From Mobula hypostoma (Eukaryota): DNA of 64,000 nucleotides. Position numbers and translations under genes: made by a program. Below the pieces are notes generated by a model. It did not search any database and was not told where the DNA came from. It saw only the letters and a list, made by a program, of their open reading frames with translations. Of the stretch, positions 37,376-50,052 are shown piece by piece (positions within the stretch are counted from its first letter, which is position 1; every line of letters begins with the position of its first letter). The stretch covers positions 17,546,001 through 17,610,000 of the forward strand of contig NC_086108.1 in assembly GCF_963921235.1 (NCBI RefSeq). The letters run 5' to 3'.

Positions 37376-38357
37376 AGGATACATGATCATCATCAGTTTC
37401 CTCTCTCAGGTCAATGCCCCCAGCATTCAGGTCCTAGTTACACTTATTTGCCCACACAAGACAGGACATTATTCACATGCCTGACACCAGTCATCTGAAA
37501 CAGACTCTTTATCCCAAGCTCTAACACACTAAGGGATCACCAAACTGGACAGAGGAAACGATTTGAGGATCGGCTCAAAGCAATTTAAGGAATCTGACCG
37601 ACCCACCTACTCCTGGGAAATGTTGGCTCAAGTGGAGAAGGAGGAACTACTGAAGAAGGAATTATACCGAGTCAAATGGCATTGCTGGAGAAACGGCTGT
37701 AATGAGCACTAAGTCAAACCAGCTTATGGACATCTCAGAAACACTGGAAATACCATTTTTGAAAGCATATCTCATCCATGTTAACTATTGTTTCAATTCA
37801 CACTTCAATCTTATCATTGTACTCACTGTTCAAAATTAATTCACATTTGAATTGGGGATAGGCTTTGAACACTAATTGCAGTTCCCCAAACAGTGGCAGG
37901 ATTGGACTGACTTCTGCAGCGCCCCAAACAATTTCAATTTCAAGTACATTTTGCAAAAAACGGCAATGGAGAATTCCATTGCAGGCTAAAGGTAAACTTG
38001 ACAGAAGTTCAACAATTATCAGAGGCACAAATAGAAAAGACAACCAGAATCTTAAGTCCAGGGTAGAAATGTTGAACACTAAAGGGTATAGCTTTAGGGT
38101 GCAAGGTGAAAAGTTTAAAGGAGATGTGCTAGGCAAGTTATTTTTTGTATATGCAGAGTGCCAAGTGCCTGGTATGGGCTTTAGGGATGGTGGAAGCAGA
38201 TGCAATAGAGGCTTCTTGGGGTATAGAAAAGGTTTGCCAGTTGCATGGATTAGAGGGTATAAACTATAAGGAGAGGTTGAACAAATTTGGTGTGTTTTCT
38301 CTGGAACATTGGAGGCTGAGGAGAGACCAGGCAGAAGTTTGTAACATTATCTTCAGG

Positions 38358-39137
38358 TAAGATGGTGGTGTGCTCAGAAGCAGAAGCTGTCCCAGGTCCA
38401 ACCAAAGGTGCAATTGTTCAACCTTTATGTCTTTATTATGATTACATCACTGGTTATCAAGAACATCAAGTACTGCAGGTCTACCCCATCAGCAAGTTGC
38501 TCGATCGAGGAAGAGGAGGTGGAGGAGCTGGAATTGGTGTAGACTATGTTGCTGCCTGCTATAGAAAGGCATTAGAGTCAATGCAAAGGCAGTGTGTAGT
38601 CTAACAGTGTTTTTCTTGTGATCCCAAGACCCTGTTGGACATTGGTAATGTAGAATGCTGCAAACCTGGTTCATTGGTTTATTGATAAGACCAAAGGTGG
38701 GGGAGCTGTGTGGCCTCGGTCGTAGCGCAAACTAGGTCTCATGCTGTAGGCTTCCCTGTTGCAGCCACCCAGGAGGGACAATGCTGTAGACAGTGTGAGA
38801 CAGCATCTATTCTGGGCTGGAGACTGACTCTCCCATTGATACTGCTCTCCAGTGTTCGCTCGGTAGAGGACAAACTAGATTACGTTCATCTGTGGACTGC
38901 TGCAGGCTTGGTTCTTGCCAATGATATCCATGCACCAGTCTACAGGACATAACACTCAGGGACTTGGGCTATACTATTTTTTTGTTACCGCATGTTTTGC
39001 AAGATTATATGTGCCTTTTGCTGTGTATGATGTTAGTACTGTGTTTTGGACCTTGGCCCCAGAGAAACATTGTTTCACTTGGCTATATTGAAGGGTATTT
39101 ATGGATGGTTGAATGACAATTGAACTTGAACTTGAAT
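38358..39137 (+). mobile_element. Internally deleted Rex1-type non-autonomous element
   Basis: AAGATGG start; LPLILLSSVRSVEDKLD resembles the Rex APE start (PSILLxNVRSLxNKLD), joined to a LINE 3' UTR and a (TTGAAC)n tail. Confidence 0.6.
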
Positions 39138-40165
39138 TTGAGATACATAGATTGGGTAGACAAAGTCTTTTTTCCCAGGATAGAAATGTCAATTACCAGA
39201 TGACATACATTTAAACTGACAGGGAGAAAATTTAAATGAGATGTGCAGGACAAATTTCCTTTTTGTTTTACAGAGAGTGGTGGGTGCCTGGAACAGGCTG
39301 TCAGGATGGTGGCAGGTACAATCGTGGCATTCAAAAAGTTTTTAAACACATGAACAGGTAGAGAATGGAGGGACAAGGCATCATTCTCTGCACATTGTGG
39401 GCTGAAGGGCCTGTTCCTGTTCTATACTCTATGAGAATTAAGGAATAAACTAAATGCCAGAATGCCAAAATTTGGAATGGGGACTCAGCTCTGCTTCCAC
39501 AATCTGGACCAGTTGTACCCTGGTGTTCTACTTCACTGGCGCACTACTGACTGCCTCATGTGCACTGCCAGAGAAGATCAGCTTCTATGGACAATAATAA
39601 CATCACTGTTTGCCAATATTCAGATAACTGGCATGCATCTCAGACAGCTTTTCATAAATTTATTACAGACAGACTGATGACACAAGAAATAGTCAGATGG
39701 TCCGACAGATGAAGCTAATTGATGCAGTTACCATGACAATGAAAACTAATTAAAGAATTGACCATTTCCATCACATCAACATTTTCTGAATCCTCAGTAC
39801 AATCTGCCCTGGTCAACTTTTCAGATCACTCAGTGATCTTTATAAAAAGCTTAACAAACTGAGCCCACCCCTATACGCACACACACAAATATTCTCACGT
39901 GCATGTGTAGACAGGAACTTCTGCTGCATGTGCATGTGCACTCTATAAACATTTTCCCATGCGGCACTAGCTCAGTGTTTAGCATGGCCACTGCACCTGG
40001 GCTATATGACAAAGGAGGGATTCACATTTGCCTTCTGCTAGCAGCTCAACCCAGGCCAAAAATAAAACATCAGGTATTAAAAGAGTACTGATTGGATTAC
40101 GAGACAAGCCAGGCACCTGCTCACTCCTAATTCCCACCATTAAACCCTGGACCAATCACACTGAT

Positions 40166-40320
40166 ACTTACAAATTGGAACTGATTTGTCCCTTACTTGA
40201 CTGCAGCCACACTGGGATAATGATTGCCGTCTGCTTTTAAGACGTCAGGTTATCAATGAATTATCTTTACTCAAAGGGAGGTTAGGTCTGCAATGAGACC
40301 TCTGTTTGACCTCTTGCCCT
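40166..40320 (-). promoter_or_regulatory. Candidate internal rxrg promoter and short non-coding first exon
   Basis: Minus strand order: AGGGCA-AG-AGGTCA DR2 (40320-40307), TGACGTCT CRE-like (40247-40240), TTAAAA (40240-40235), then the donor TTT|GTAAGTA (40171-40166), all in unique sequence. Confidence 0.4.
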
Positions 40321-40529
40321 TTACAATGGCAACAGCAAGTGCTTTACTTTTGCATTGTGTCTTCACATCAAAGATGCTACACACCCAACCAGGACTTTAT
40401 TTGTTTAAGTTTGTTTTTCAGGATTTGCGTGGTTTCAAACCCCAATTGTTCTTGAGCAGTGAAGTTTGCAGGCCATTTTAAAAAAAATACAGACTTTACT
40501 ACAAAGCTTTATACAAAGAAGCTAAAGGG

Positions 40530-41310
40530 TACAGTTCCCTGAAAACGGGGATGCAAGTAAACAGGGTGGTGAAGAAGGTGCTTAGTAAGCTTGCCTTCAT
40601 TAGTCAAGGCAGGAATTACAGGAGCTGGAACATCATGTTGCAAATGTACAAGCTGCTGATGAGACCACACTTGGAGTATAGTGCGCCATTCTGGTCACGC
40701 TGCTGGAAAGGGTGCAGAAAAGATTCATAAGCTATAAGAAGAGGCTAGGACTAGTGCAGAAGGCTGAAGGGCAATATCATGGAGGTATACAAAACCATGA
40801 GGGATGTAGATAAGGTAGATGGCCTCAGCCTTTTACCCAGCATAGGGTGACTCAAAGTAGATGGCATAGATTTAAGGTGAAAGGGAAAGATCTAAAAGGA
40901 AGTTAAGGAGTGAGTTTTAGTGGGTATATTAAGCGAGCTGCCAGAGGAAGGGGTAGAGACAGGTGCAATTACAATGTTTAAAAGACATTTAGGCAGATAT
41001 GTGGAGAGGAAAGGTTTAGACACACATGGGCCAAATATAGGCAGTTGGTACCAGGGTGGGTAGACATCTTGGTTGGGAAAGCAAACAACAGGAATTCTGC
41101 AGATGCTGGAAATTCAAGCAACACACATCAAAGTTGCTGGTAAACGCAGCAGGCCAGGCAGCATCTCTAGGAAGAGGTACAGTCAACGTTTCGGACCGAG
41201 ACCAAGACCTAGAGATGCTGCCTGGCCTGCTGCGTTTACCAGCAACTTTGATGTGTGTTGGTCGGGAATAGACAAGTTGGGCTGATTTGTGCTTGTATGA
41301 CTCTCTTCTG
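40530..41310 (+). mobile_element. Old CR1 3' fragment hosting a Penelope fold-back insert
   Basis: AGACCACACTTGGAGTATAGTGCGCCATTCTGGTCA (RPHLEY..FWS) and other decayed CR1 motifs. Confidence 0.7.
41080..41260. mobile_element. Penelope pLTR-derived fold-back mini-element
   Basis: Perfect 53-bp inverted repeat 41119-41171 / 41208-41260; spacer holds a truncated hammerhead; TSD-like TTGGTYGGGAA 41069-41079 / 41258-41268. Confidence 0.85.
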
Positions 41311-41621
41311 GAGAACCAGCAGCTTGGGGTAGGTCTGGAGTCACACATAGGCAAGATAGGGTAGGGATGACAAATTTATTCTCCCAAAGGGCATTAGTGA
41401 ACTAAATGGGTTTTCATGACATTTTGAGGTTATTGTTTTCCACAGGCTGGTGAAGGAGATGGGGAGGAGGAGACAGTTAGTAGAGACTTTGGTGCATTTC
41501 CCCTTTGTATCATGGCTGCCATTAGCAAAAATAAGAGAGGTAATAAAGTGCACATCTTCCACCCTTCCCCCCCCCCACTGGTTACACCCACCACATATCC
41601 ACAAGCTCCTGACTCTTTGCA

Positions 41622-41819
41622 AGTCATGCAGCATCTCTGGAGGAGAATAAGTGGTTGACATTTCAGGCTGAGACCCTTCATCAGGACTCTTCCTGATGAA
41701 GGGTCTCAGCCTGAAAAATTGACTAGTTTATTCCCTTCTGTAGATGGTGCCTGACCTGCTGAGTTCCTCCAGCATTGGGTGTGTTGCTGAAGAATTCCAG
41801 CATCTGCCTAATCTCTTAT
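41622..41819. mobile_element. Penelope pLTR-derived fold-back mini-element with back-to-back hammerhead cores
   Basis: Perfect 26-bp inverted repeat 41661-41686 / 41691-41716 (TCCTGATGAAGGGTCTCAGCCTGAAA); 17-bp TSD GCTCYTGACTCTTTGCA 41605-41621 / 41820-41836. Confidence 0.88.
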
Positions 41820-44689
41820 GCTCTTGACTCTTTGCATAGGATATCACAGTTGAGCCACAAGCTCCATCGATAAGCCCAGTGATGTGGACTAGGATGGTAG
41901 ACATCACAGGTCAGCCCTCACCTCTCCATGCCCCATAACCACACGTCCCCTCCTTTACTAGTGGAGTCTGTTTGACTGGCAGAGGTTTGAGCAGATTCAA
42001 AGTGAATCCCACGTCCCCGTGCTCTTCCTGTTTCGTCTCTGGAGTTTACTTGTATTTCATCACTCCACTTTTACTGCCTTGTTCCTGATAGTCCCTCCCT
42101 AAACCTCCTCCCCCACCACCTCTCTGTCACTCCTTACTACATACCATCTCTGATCACCTATGCCATGCTCTCTCTAAGCATGGAGGCAGGCCTTTAGCCT
42201 ACTATCTGTGCTGACTCTGTGCTATGGTCAGCCTGTTTGGCTGAATCCATGCAGTGCTTAGTGTATTTTGTAACATAAAGGTCACTATATTAATGCAGGT
42301 GATTGCACTATATAACTGCAATGCTCTGTTTTGCCAGTGTAGGAGTGAGGGTTGATCAGCCAATCTCCTATGGGTAGGGGGAATACAGATGGGGCAAAGG
42401 TTGAGTTGTGGATGAAACTTCAACCCCTTGCTCAAAGTCTGATTGATGCCCAGTACTCTGGTAGTGTGGTGGGCAGGACTAGGCAACCCACAGCAATGTC
42501 TGTATATATCAGCTGTACGACAACACAAGGTCAGCAAGGAAGATCCTGCCAAACGTTCCCTGCTTTACACCAAGCACACATTGCAGTCAGTGAAGGATGT
42601 AGGCTCTTGCTGATATCCAGGATGAAGTTTATCTGTTTATTGACCTATAGTGCAAGGGTGAAAGAGCTGTAATGTTAGGAGTCCAAAGTGAATTAGAGTG
42701 ATTGGCCAGGAGTCATCTACACTGAGCCAATGAACAGGAACATTTCACTGTGAGCCTATTTCATCAGCCTCTAACCCTTGACTCTTGGAGTCTGTTTAAC
42801 CTGAAGATATTGGTGCAAATCCAATCAGTGATTACAAAGTTTGTTTTTGAACTTAACCCTCTCACCACCCTCAATTTATAGAGGGGAGGGGAGGTTCCAT
42901 TGTTTGTGTGAGTTCAGGTGAAAGAAGAATTCAGATTGAAAGGCAGCTCTCCAGTGACTCATTCTGCTTAAAATAGTCAGGCTGGGAGGAACCTCTCTAA
43001 AATGAGGGATTGAATGAGCATCAGGGAAATGCTCACAGGCATGAGAGCCTCTGATACGGCAATCTGCTAAGAGAGAGAGAGAGTGTGTGTGGTGCCAAGA
43101 CAGGGGGAAATTGTGATAGGGAAACAGGCCCTTCGGCCCACTTTAGGAACTCCATCTCATTATCTCATGTTCTCGTGATTTATTTATATTTATTTACAGG
43201 TTGTTGCACACAGACTTTTGCTTCCCTTTTCTCCCTGACTCGCGCGCACACACACACTCAGAGTAGTATGGCCCCAGATAACTGAAACATTTCAAAAGTG
43301 ACTCGACAAGTCCTTGAATCCCCAATGCACAGGTGGCTAAGGGCCAAGTGGTTGATGTTCCATTGATCTGTTGTAATTACTATTCTATAGATTTGCGAGT
43401 ATGTCCACAGGAAAATGAATGGGTTGTATATGGTGACATACATGTACATTAATAAATATACTTTCAACTTTGAACTTTGAACCATATCCATGTTGACCAT
43501 CAATGAGCCAGCTGAAAAATCATAACAGTAATACAAAATGGAAACAGGCCAATCGGCCCAACTGGTCCATGCTGATCAAGATTCCCATCAAAGCTAGTTC
43601 CATTTATCTACACTTGGGCCCATATCCTTCCCTATCAATGTAAATACCCAAGTATGTATTAGATGCCGATATACATGCCTCAGTCACTTGCTGACAGCTC
43701 ATTGCATATTCTGACCACTCACTGGAAAAAAAAGCTGCCTCTTAGATTCCTATTAAATCTCACACCCCTCACCTTAAACCTGTACTGATCCCATTTATCA
43801 GCACTCGGTCCTAGCCATCGGTGCATTGGAGATTCAAATGCTTGTCCAGTCACTTACCAAATGTTTCAGTTATCTGGGGCCGGGCTACTCTGTGTCTGCA
43901 AGACAGGGAGCACAGGGAAGCAAAGTCTGTGTGCAAGCAAGGCAGTGGCTCGTGCGGGCAAGTTTGGGAGTGGGACAACGGGATGGACACAGACAAGTTT
44001 GCTGAACATTCACATAGTGGGGCATGTCCACTGGGAGGCAGGTCTCATAGGTTAAAAGGAAAGTGAAAATTAGGAATTGGAGTTCAGGCTTGAATGACTC
44101 TTGTGGTAGGATTTGTTTGTTTTCCTGTTGGGGTTTCTGAATGTGTGTTAGAATGTGAGGATATTAACACAGATAACAAGCTCCTGGTGATCAACCCAAG
44201 AACATCTGTGCAGGCTGCCAGAAATGAGCCTTGGCATTGCTGGGTTACAGGGAATTCTTGCTGCAACAAATGCCTTGTTATGTCTTCAGGAGGGTTGAAT
44301 TTGCCTTGAAAAATGAAACAGAAACTCCCTCTACTTACTCACCAGTTCTATGAAAACATTCCCCAGGCTCAGCTTTGGGGGACAAAGGCCAGTCTTTTCA
44401 CCATGAGGGCAGCATCTCCTCATGCAGAACCAACACCAAAAACAAAAATGGGACCGTCTTATTTTCTCTTCTCTGAAGTCCTTTATTTCTGATCATTCTG
44501 GCTGGCACCCTTCCCATACCTAAGCCAGTGTTATATCCCAGGAGAGAATGGTGTTGAGAAATGGGAATCCTTTGGATCTCACTTTGAAGGACAGCTGAAA
44601 ACAATGATTGGCCAATGCCCCATAGTTCATGGCCCTGGCAGCCTGGCACACTCAGAATAGAACTGTGCTTTTCATGACGGGCTCATTCT

Positions 44690-45050
44690 TTGGTAGTGCT
44701 CCTCCCAGTCCCTTTTCTCTCTCACCTCCTACTCTTGTCCCAGCGACATCACACTGTTTCTTTCCTCTCCTCCACCCACTCCATCTGGCAATCACCCACA
44801 CACTCTTCCCACTGTTCCCATCTGCCTTTCACACTTGATTCCATGTTCCACCTTCCTCTATTATCAGATTCCATCATCTACAACCCTTTGTCATTCCCAG
44901 GATCTGGCACTAATCCTATTCTCCCCTCCTCACCTTCTTTTTACTCCTCCTAACCTGGATCCATCCAGAACCTGCCATGTCTTGTTCCACCCTGCACCCA
45001 CTTGCTTTTTCTGACTGTTGCTCCTTCATCTTTCAGTCCGGATAAAGGTT
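44690..45050 (+). mobile_element. Degenerate Penelope-like 3' region
   Basis: Pyrimidine-rich PLE tail ending at CAGTCCGGATAAAGG (decayed hammerhead start). Confidence 0.45.
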
Positions 45051-45450
45051 TGTAAGGATGGTTTTTCTGACAAAGAGGTTAGAGGTTAGGTTAAGGTTTA
45101 TGGACATGCATGAGGAGGAGTTAAAGTCAGGGTAGTAAAAAATGGTCTAGGCACGAGTTCGTCCAGGTCAGAGCACTCTGTGGTGAAACATCAGTGATCC
45201 TGGAAGTCATGTTTCAGGCGTTGAAGAGACTAGTGATCCCCATGTGGAAGGCTAGTCCTGGGTTGGAAGTCCATATGGGCGGGTAAGGGCAGGAGTCACA
45301 AGGGATGAGTGACACATCGTGTGCACCCCGCCCTTCCCCCCACCCCCCAAGGTGAGCAGGACTGGAGGTTTGAAAGATTCAGGAAGTCAAGGCTTGAAGG
45401 TCAAACTCAGCAAAGTCCAGAGGGCAAAGCTGAAGGTCAAAGACTGAAGA

Positions 45451-48118
45451 TCATAAGACAGAGGAGCAGAATTAGGCCATTCAGCCCATCAAGTCTGATC
45501 TGCCAGTCCATCGTGGCTGATCCCGGATCCCACTCAACCCCATACACCTCACCATGTCCTTTGATGTCCTGACCGATCAGGAAACAATCAATTTCTGCCT
45601 TAAATATACCCACAGACTTGGCCTCCACTGCAGAGCGTTCCACAGATTTATTACTCCCTCGCTAAAAAACTTACTTCTTACCTCTGTTCTAAAGGGTCGC
45701 CCCTCAATTTTGAGGCTGTGCCCTCTAGTTCTGGATACCCCCACCATAGTAAACATCCTCTCCACATCCACCCTATCTAGTCCTTTTAACATTTAGTAAG
45801 TTTCAATGAGATTCCCCCCTCCACATTCTTCTAAATTCCAGTGAGTACAGGCTCAAAGCTGCCAAAAGCTTTGATAACCCCTTCATATGATAACTCCTTC
45901 ATTCATGGAATCATCCTCGTGAACCTTCTCTGAACTATTTCCAATGACAACACATCCATTCAGAGAAATGGTGCCCAAAGAATATAAAAGTGGATAACTC
46001 TCCGGGTCCGGACAAGATATTCCATAGGACCTTGAGGGAAGTTAGTTTGGAAATAGCAGGGGCTCTGACAGAAATATTTCAAATGTCATTAGAAACGGGG
46101 ATGGTGCCGGAGGATTGGCGTATTGCTCGTGTGGTTCCATTGTTTAAAAAGGGTTCTAAGAGTAAACCTGGCAATTATCGGCCTGTGAGTTTGACGTCAG
46201 TGGTGGGTAAATTGATGGAAAGTATTCTTAGAGAGGTATATATAATTATCTGGATAGACAGGGTCTGATTAGGAACAGTCAACATGGATTTGTGCATGGA
46301 AGGTCATGTTTGACAAACCTTATTGAATTTTTTGATGAGATTACTAGGAAAGTTGACGAGGGTAAAGCGGTGGATGTTGTCTATATGGACTTCAGTAAGG
46401 CCTTTGACAAGGTTCCACACGGAAGGTTAGTTAGGCAGGTTCAATCGTTAGGCATTAATATTGAAGTAGTAAAATGGATTCAGCAATGGCTGGATGGGAG
46501 ATGCCAGAGAGTAGTGGTGGATAACTACGTGTCAGATTGGAGGATGGTGTGTAGCGGTGTGCCTCAGGGATCTGTACTGGGTCCAATGTTGTTTGTCATC
46601 TATATTAATGATCTGGATGATGGGGTGGTAAATTGGATTAGTAAGTATGCAGATGATACTAAGACAGGTGGCGTTGTGGATAATGAAGTAGGTTTTCAAA
46701 GCTTGCAGAGAGATTTAGGCCAGTTAGAAGAGTGAGCTGAAAGATGGCAGATGGAGCTTAATGCTGAAAAATGTGAGGTACTACATCTTGGTAGGACTAA
46801 TCAAAATAGGACATACATGGCAAATAGGTAAATAAGACATACATGGGCATTGAAGAATGCTGTAGAACAGAGGGATCTAGGAATAATGGTGCATAGTTCC
46901 CTGAAGGTAAAATCTCGTGTGGATAGGGTGGTGAAGAAAGCTTTTGGTATGCTGGCCTTTATTAATCAGAGCATTGAGTACAAGAGTTGGGATGTAATGT
47001 TGAAATTGTATAAAGCATTGGTAAGGCCAAATTTGGAGTATTGTGTACAGTTCTGGTCACCAAATTATAGGAAAGATGTCAATAAAATTGAGAGAGTACA
47101 GAGGAGGTTTACTAAAATGTTGCCTGGGTTTCATCTCCTAAGTTACAGAGAAAGGTTGAACAAGTTAGGTCTTTATTCTTTGAAGTGTAGAAGGTTGAGA
47201 GGGAACTTGATAGAGGTGTTTAAAATTATGAGGGGGACTGATAGAGTTGATGTGGATAGGCTTTTTCCATTCAGGGTGGGGGAGATTCAAACAAGAGGAC
47301 ATGAGTTGAGAGTTAAAGGGCAAAAGTTTAGGGGTAACATGAGGGGGAACTTCTTTACTCAGAGAGTGGTGGCTGTATGGAACCAGTTTCCAGCAGAAGT
47401 GGTTGAGGCAGTTTTGATGTTGTCGTTTAAAGTTAAATTGGATAGATATATGGACAGGAAGGGAATGGAGGGTTATGGACCGAGTGGGACTAGGTGGGAC
47501 TAGGAGTTCGGCATGGACTAGAAGGGCCGAGATGGCCTGTTTCCGTGCTGTAATTGTTATATGGTTAAAACTGTTGACAATACTCCAAGTGTGGCCTGAC
47601 TAGTGAAATAAATGCCAACATTGCATTTGCCTTCTTTATCACAGACAACCTGTAAATAAACAGTCTGGGAGTCTTGCAAGAGGACTGCCATGTCCCTCTG
47701 CACCCCTGATGTCTGAACCTTCCCCCTATTTAGATTGGTCCTTTTACCAAAATGCATTATCATACATTTCCCAACACTGTATTCCATCTGCCACTTTTTT
47801 GCCCATTTCTAACTTGTCGAAGTCTTGTTGCAATCACATTGCTTCCTCGGCACTACCTACCCCTCCACTTATTTTCATATCATCTGCAAACTTTGTCACA
47901 AAGCCATCAATTCCATTATCTAAATCACTGACAAACAATGAGAAAAGTAGCAGTCCCAATACTGACTGCTAAGGAACACCACTAGTCACTGGCAGCCAAC
48001 CAGAAAAGGCTCCTTTTATTCTCACTCGCTGCCTCCTGCCTGTCAGCCATTTCACTATCCATGCTAGTACCTTTCCTGTAATGCCAGCGGATTTTATCTT
48101 GTTAATCAGCCTCATTTG
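45451..48118 (-). mobile_element. Older CR1 fragment split by a younger opposite-strand CR1
   Basis: MLKGLDRVDVERMF... (45577-45792) continues at 47557-48118 (MEYSVGKCMIMHFG); TGAAGA duplicated at 45445-45450 / 48119-48124. Confidence 0.8.
45979..47556 (+). mobile_element. CR1 LINE RT region, 5'-truncated
   Basis: NSPGPDKI, NYRPVSLTS, MDFSKAFDKV, GVPQGSVLGP, KYADD, RPNLEYCVQFWSP; TTATATGG tail. Confidence 0.93.
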
Positions 48119-48959
48119 TGAAGACCAAAGCTAGAGGTCTGAAGGAGACATGAAAGCCAAGGTCACTGGGGTTGGAGGTCTATTACCTGTCTAATCGCCT
48201 CTGAGGGACATTAATGAAAAAGCAATTCTTTTGATTGTTCCAGAACCTGCATTTGCTTGTTTCTAATTGGGTAGGATCAAAACCTTGACAAAGCAGCAGG
48301 CTCTGTGAGCATCCCCAGGCCTCATTGATAGTGGTTCTCAACACTCTGTACATGACATTAATGTGAAACACCTTCAGCCAGCTTGAGAGCACGATCCATT
48401 CACTGTCCAACCATCATGACACCTATTTGATTTACTCTATGCAACACAAGGAGCTGAGCACACTGGACTGGACAACATCACGGCTATAATGCTGAGGTCT
48501 GGTATTCCAGCAATGCTCTGGCATTCCTGATACAGGTGAAGTGTAAGTTTGTCCAAGTATGTTCTGTGTGTAAAAAGCAGAGGAAATGCATTTGACTCCA
48601 TCAACACTTCCCGCTGACTTGGGAAAGCAACCAATATAATCAAGGACTTCTGCCACCCCTGTCATTCTCTCTTACCCCCACCCTTCTCCATACCTCCTGC
48701 AGGCAGAATACACAAAAGCTTGAGGACACATACCAACAAGCTCAGGGACAGATTCTATCCCATTGTTATAGCACTCTTGAAAATCTGTAAATTTTGCTAA
48801 AGCTGTACTCAGAGTATTAAGTGTAGATCTGATCACCCCATTATGGGAAGCAAGTGGAAGCTTTGGAAAGGGTGCCATGTGAAATGTAGCTCATCAGTTT
48901 CAGTGCACATTACATTGTAAAACTTAGATGGCTCACTGATGTCATGGAGTCCCAGAGAA

Positions 48960-49485
48960 GTACAGCACAGAAACAGGCCCTTCAGCCCATCTAGTCTATG
49001 TCAAAACCATGTAAACTGCCCACTTCCATCGACCTGCACCAATCCTCCATACCCCAACTATTCATGTACCTATCCAAACTTCTCTTAAATGTTGAAATCA
49101 AACTCATATGCACCACTTACACTGGCAACTCTTTCTACACTCTCATGACCCTCTGACAGGAGAAGTTTCCCCTCATATTTCCCTTTCAACCTGAAATCAT
49201 GACCTCTGGTTGTAGTCCCACCCAATCTTGCTGGAAAAAACCTGCTTGCATTATTCTATCTATACCCCTCATAATTTATATACCTCTATCAAATCTCTCA
49301 ATCTTCTACATTCTAAAGAATAGAGTTCTAATCTATTCAATCTTTCCTTGGAACTCAGGTCCTCCACACCCGGCAACATCCTTGTAAATATTTTCTGTAC
49401 ACTTTCAACCCTGTCAACATCTTTCCTGTAGGTAGGTGACCAAACTGCACACGATACACCAAATTAGGCCTCACAAACGTCTTAA
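48960..49485 (-). mobile_element. CR1 3' fragment
   Basis: Reverse complement of the CR1 C-terminus and 3' UTR (GAAGGGCCTGTTTCTGTGCTGTA). Confidence 0.7.
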
Positions 49486-49870
49486 ACTGCTCAGCGCAGT
49501 ATGCACATTGGGTTATATTTCAGTTATTTAGGGACTGGTGGACCACATGTGGAGCATTATAGAGTTTCTTTAATGAAGTATATTTACAGATTTACCAGAC
49601 TAATAGAGGCTGTCCTCAGATTATGAATACCTGACTTATGGTCACACTGTGTACACAATCAAGCATTTGGGAGACTAGTGGGATGAATGGGGATGGATTT
49701 GCCAGCTGCTGTGGACTGCAGCCATCTTCTGCCAGGTGGGAATGGGGAATTCCTCACCCTCCTCCACTCAGACAGAGCACAGTTGGGAATACTGAACAGG
49801 TTCATTTACTGAGTCAGTGAGACTGGCTGGTGGCCACTCTTCCTGTGCCTGCTTACTCTCCCTTCACAGC

Positions 49871-50052
49871 AGATCGGGCAGCATCCGTGGAAACGATCAG
49901 TCAACGTTTCGGGCCAGAACCCTTCATCCTGACAAAGGGTTCCGGCCCGAAACATTGACTGATCGTTTCCACGGATGCTGCCCGACCTGCTGAGTTCCTC
50001 CAGCGTGTTGTGAGTGCTGCGTTGACCCCAGCATCTGCAGAATATTTTGTGT
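49871..50052. mobile_element. Penelope pLTR-derived fold-back mini-element
   Basis: 51-bp inverted repeat 49874-49924 / 49935-49985 (2 mismatches) made of hammerhead stem II-GAAAC-GACTG; perfect 18-bp TSD TTACTCTCCCTTCACAGC 49853-49870 / 50053-50070. Confidence 0.92.

Noticed and set aside
44336..44430. Strong minus-strand donor CTG|GTGAGT with an upstream ATG frame (similar case at 25081-25175)
   Set aside because: The open frames end in phase 0, incompatible with the phase-1 exon 2, and show no RXR similarity; cannot be supported as coding exons.
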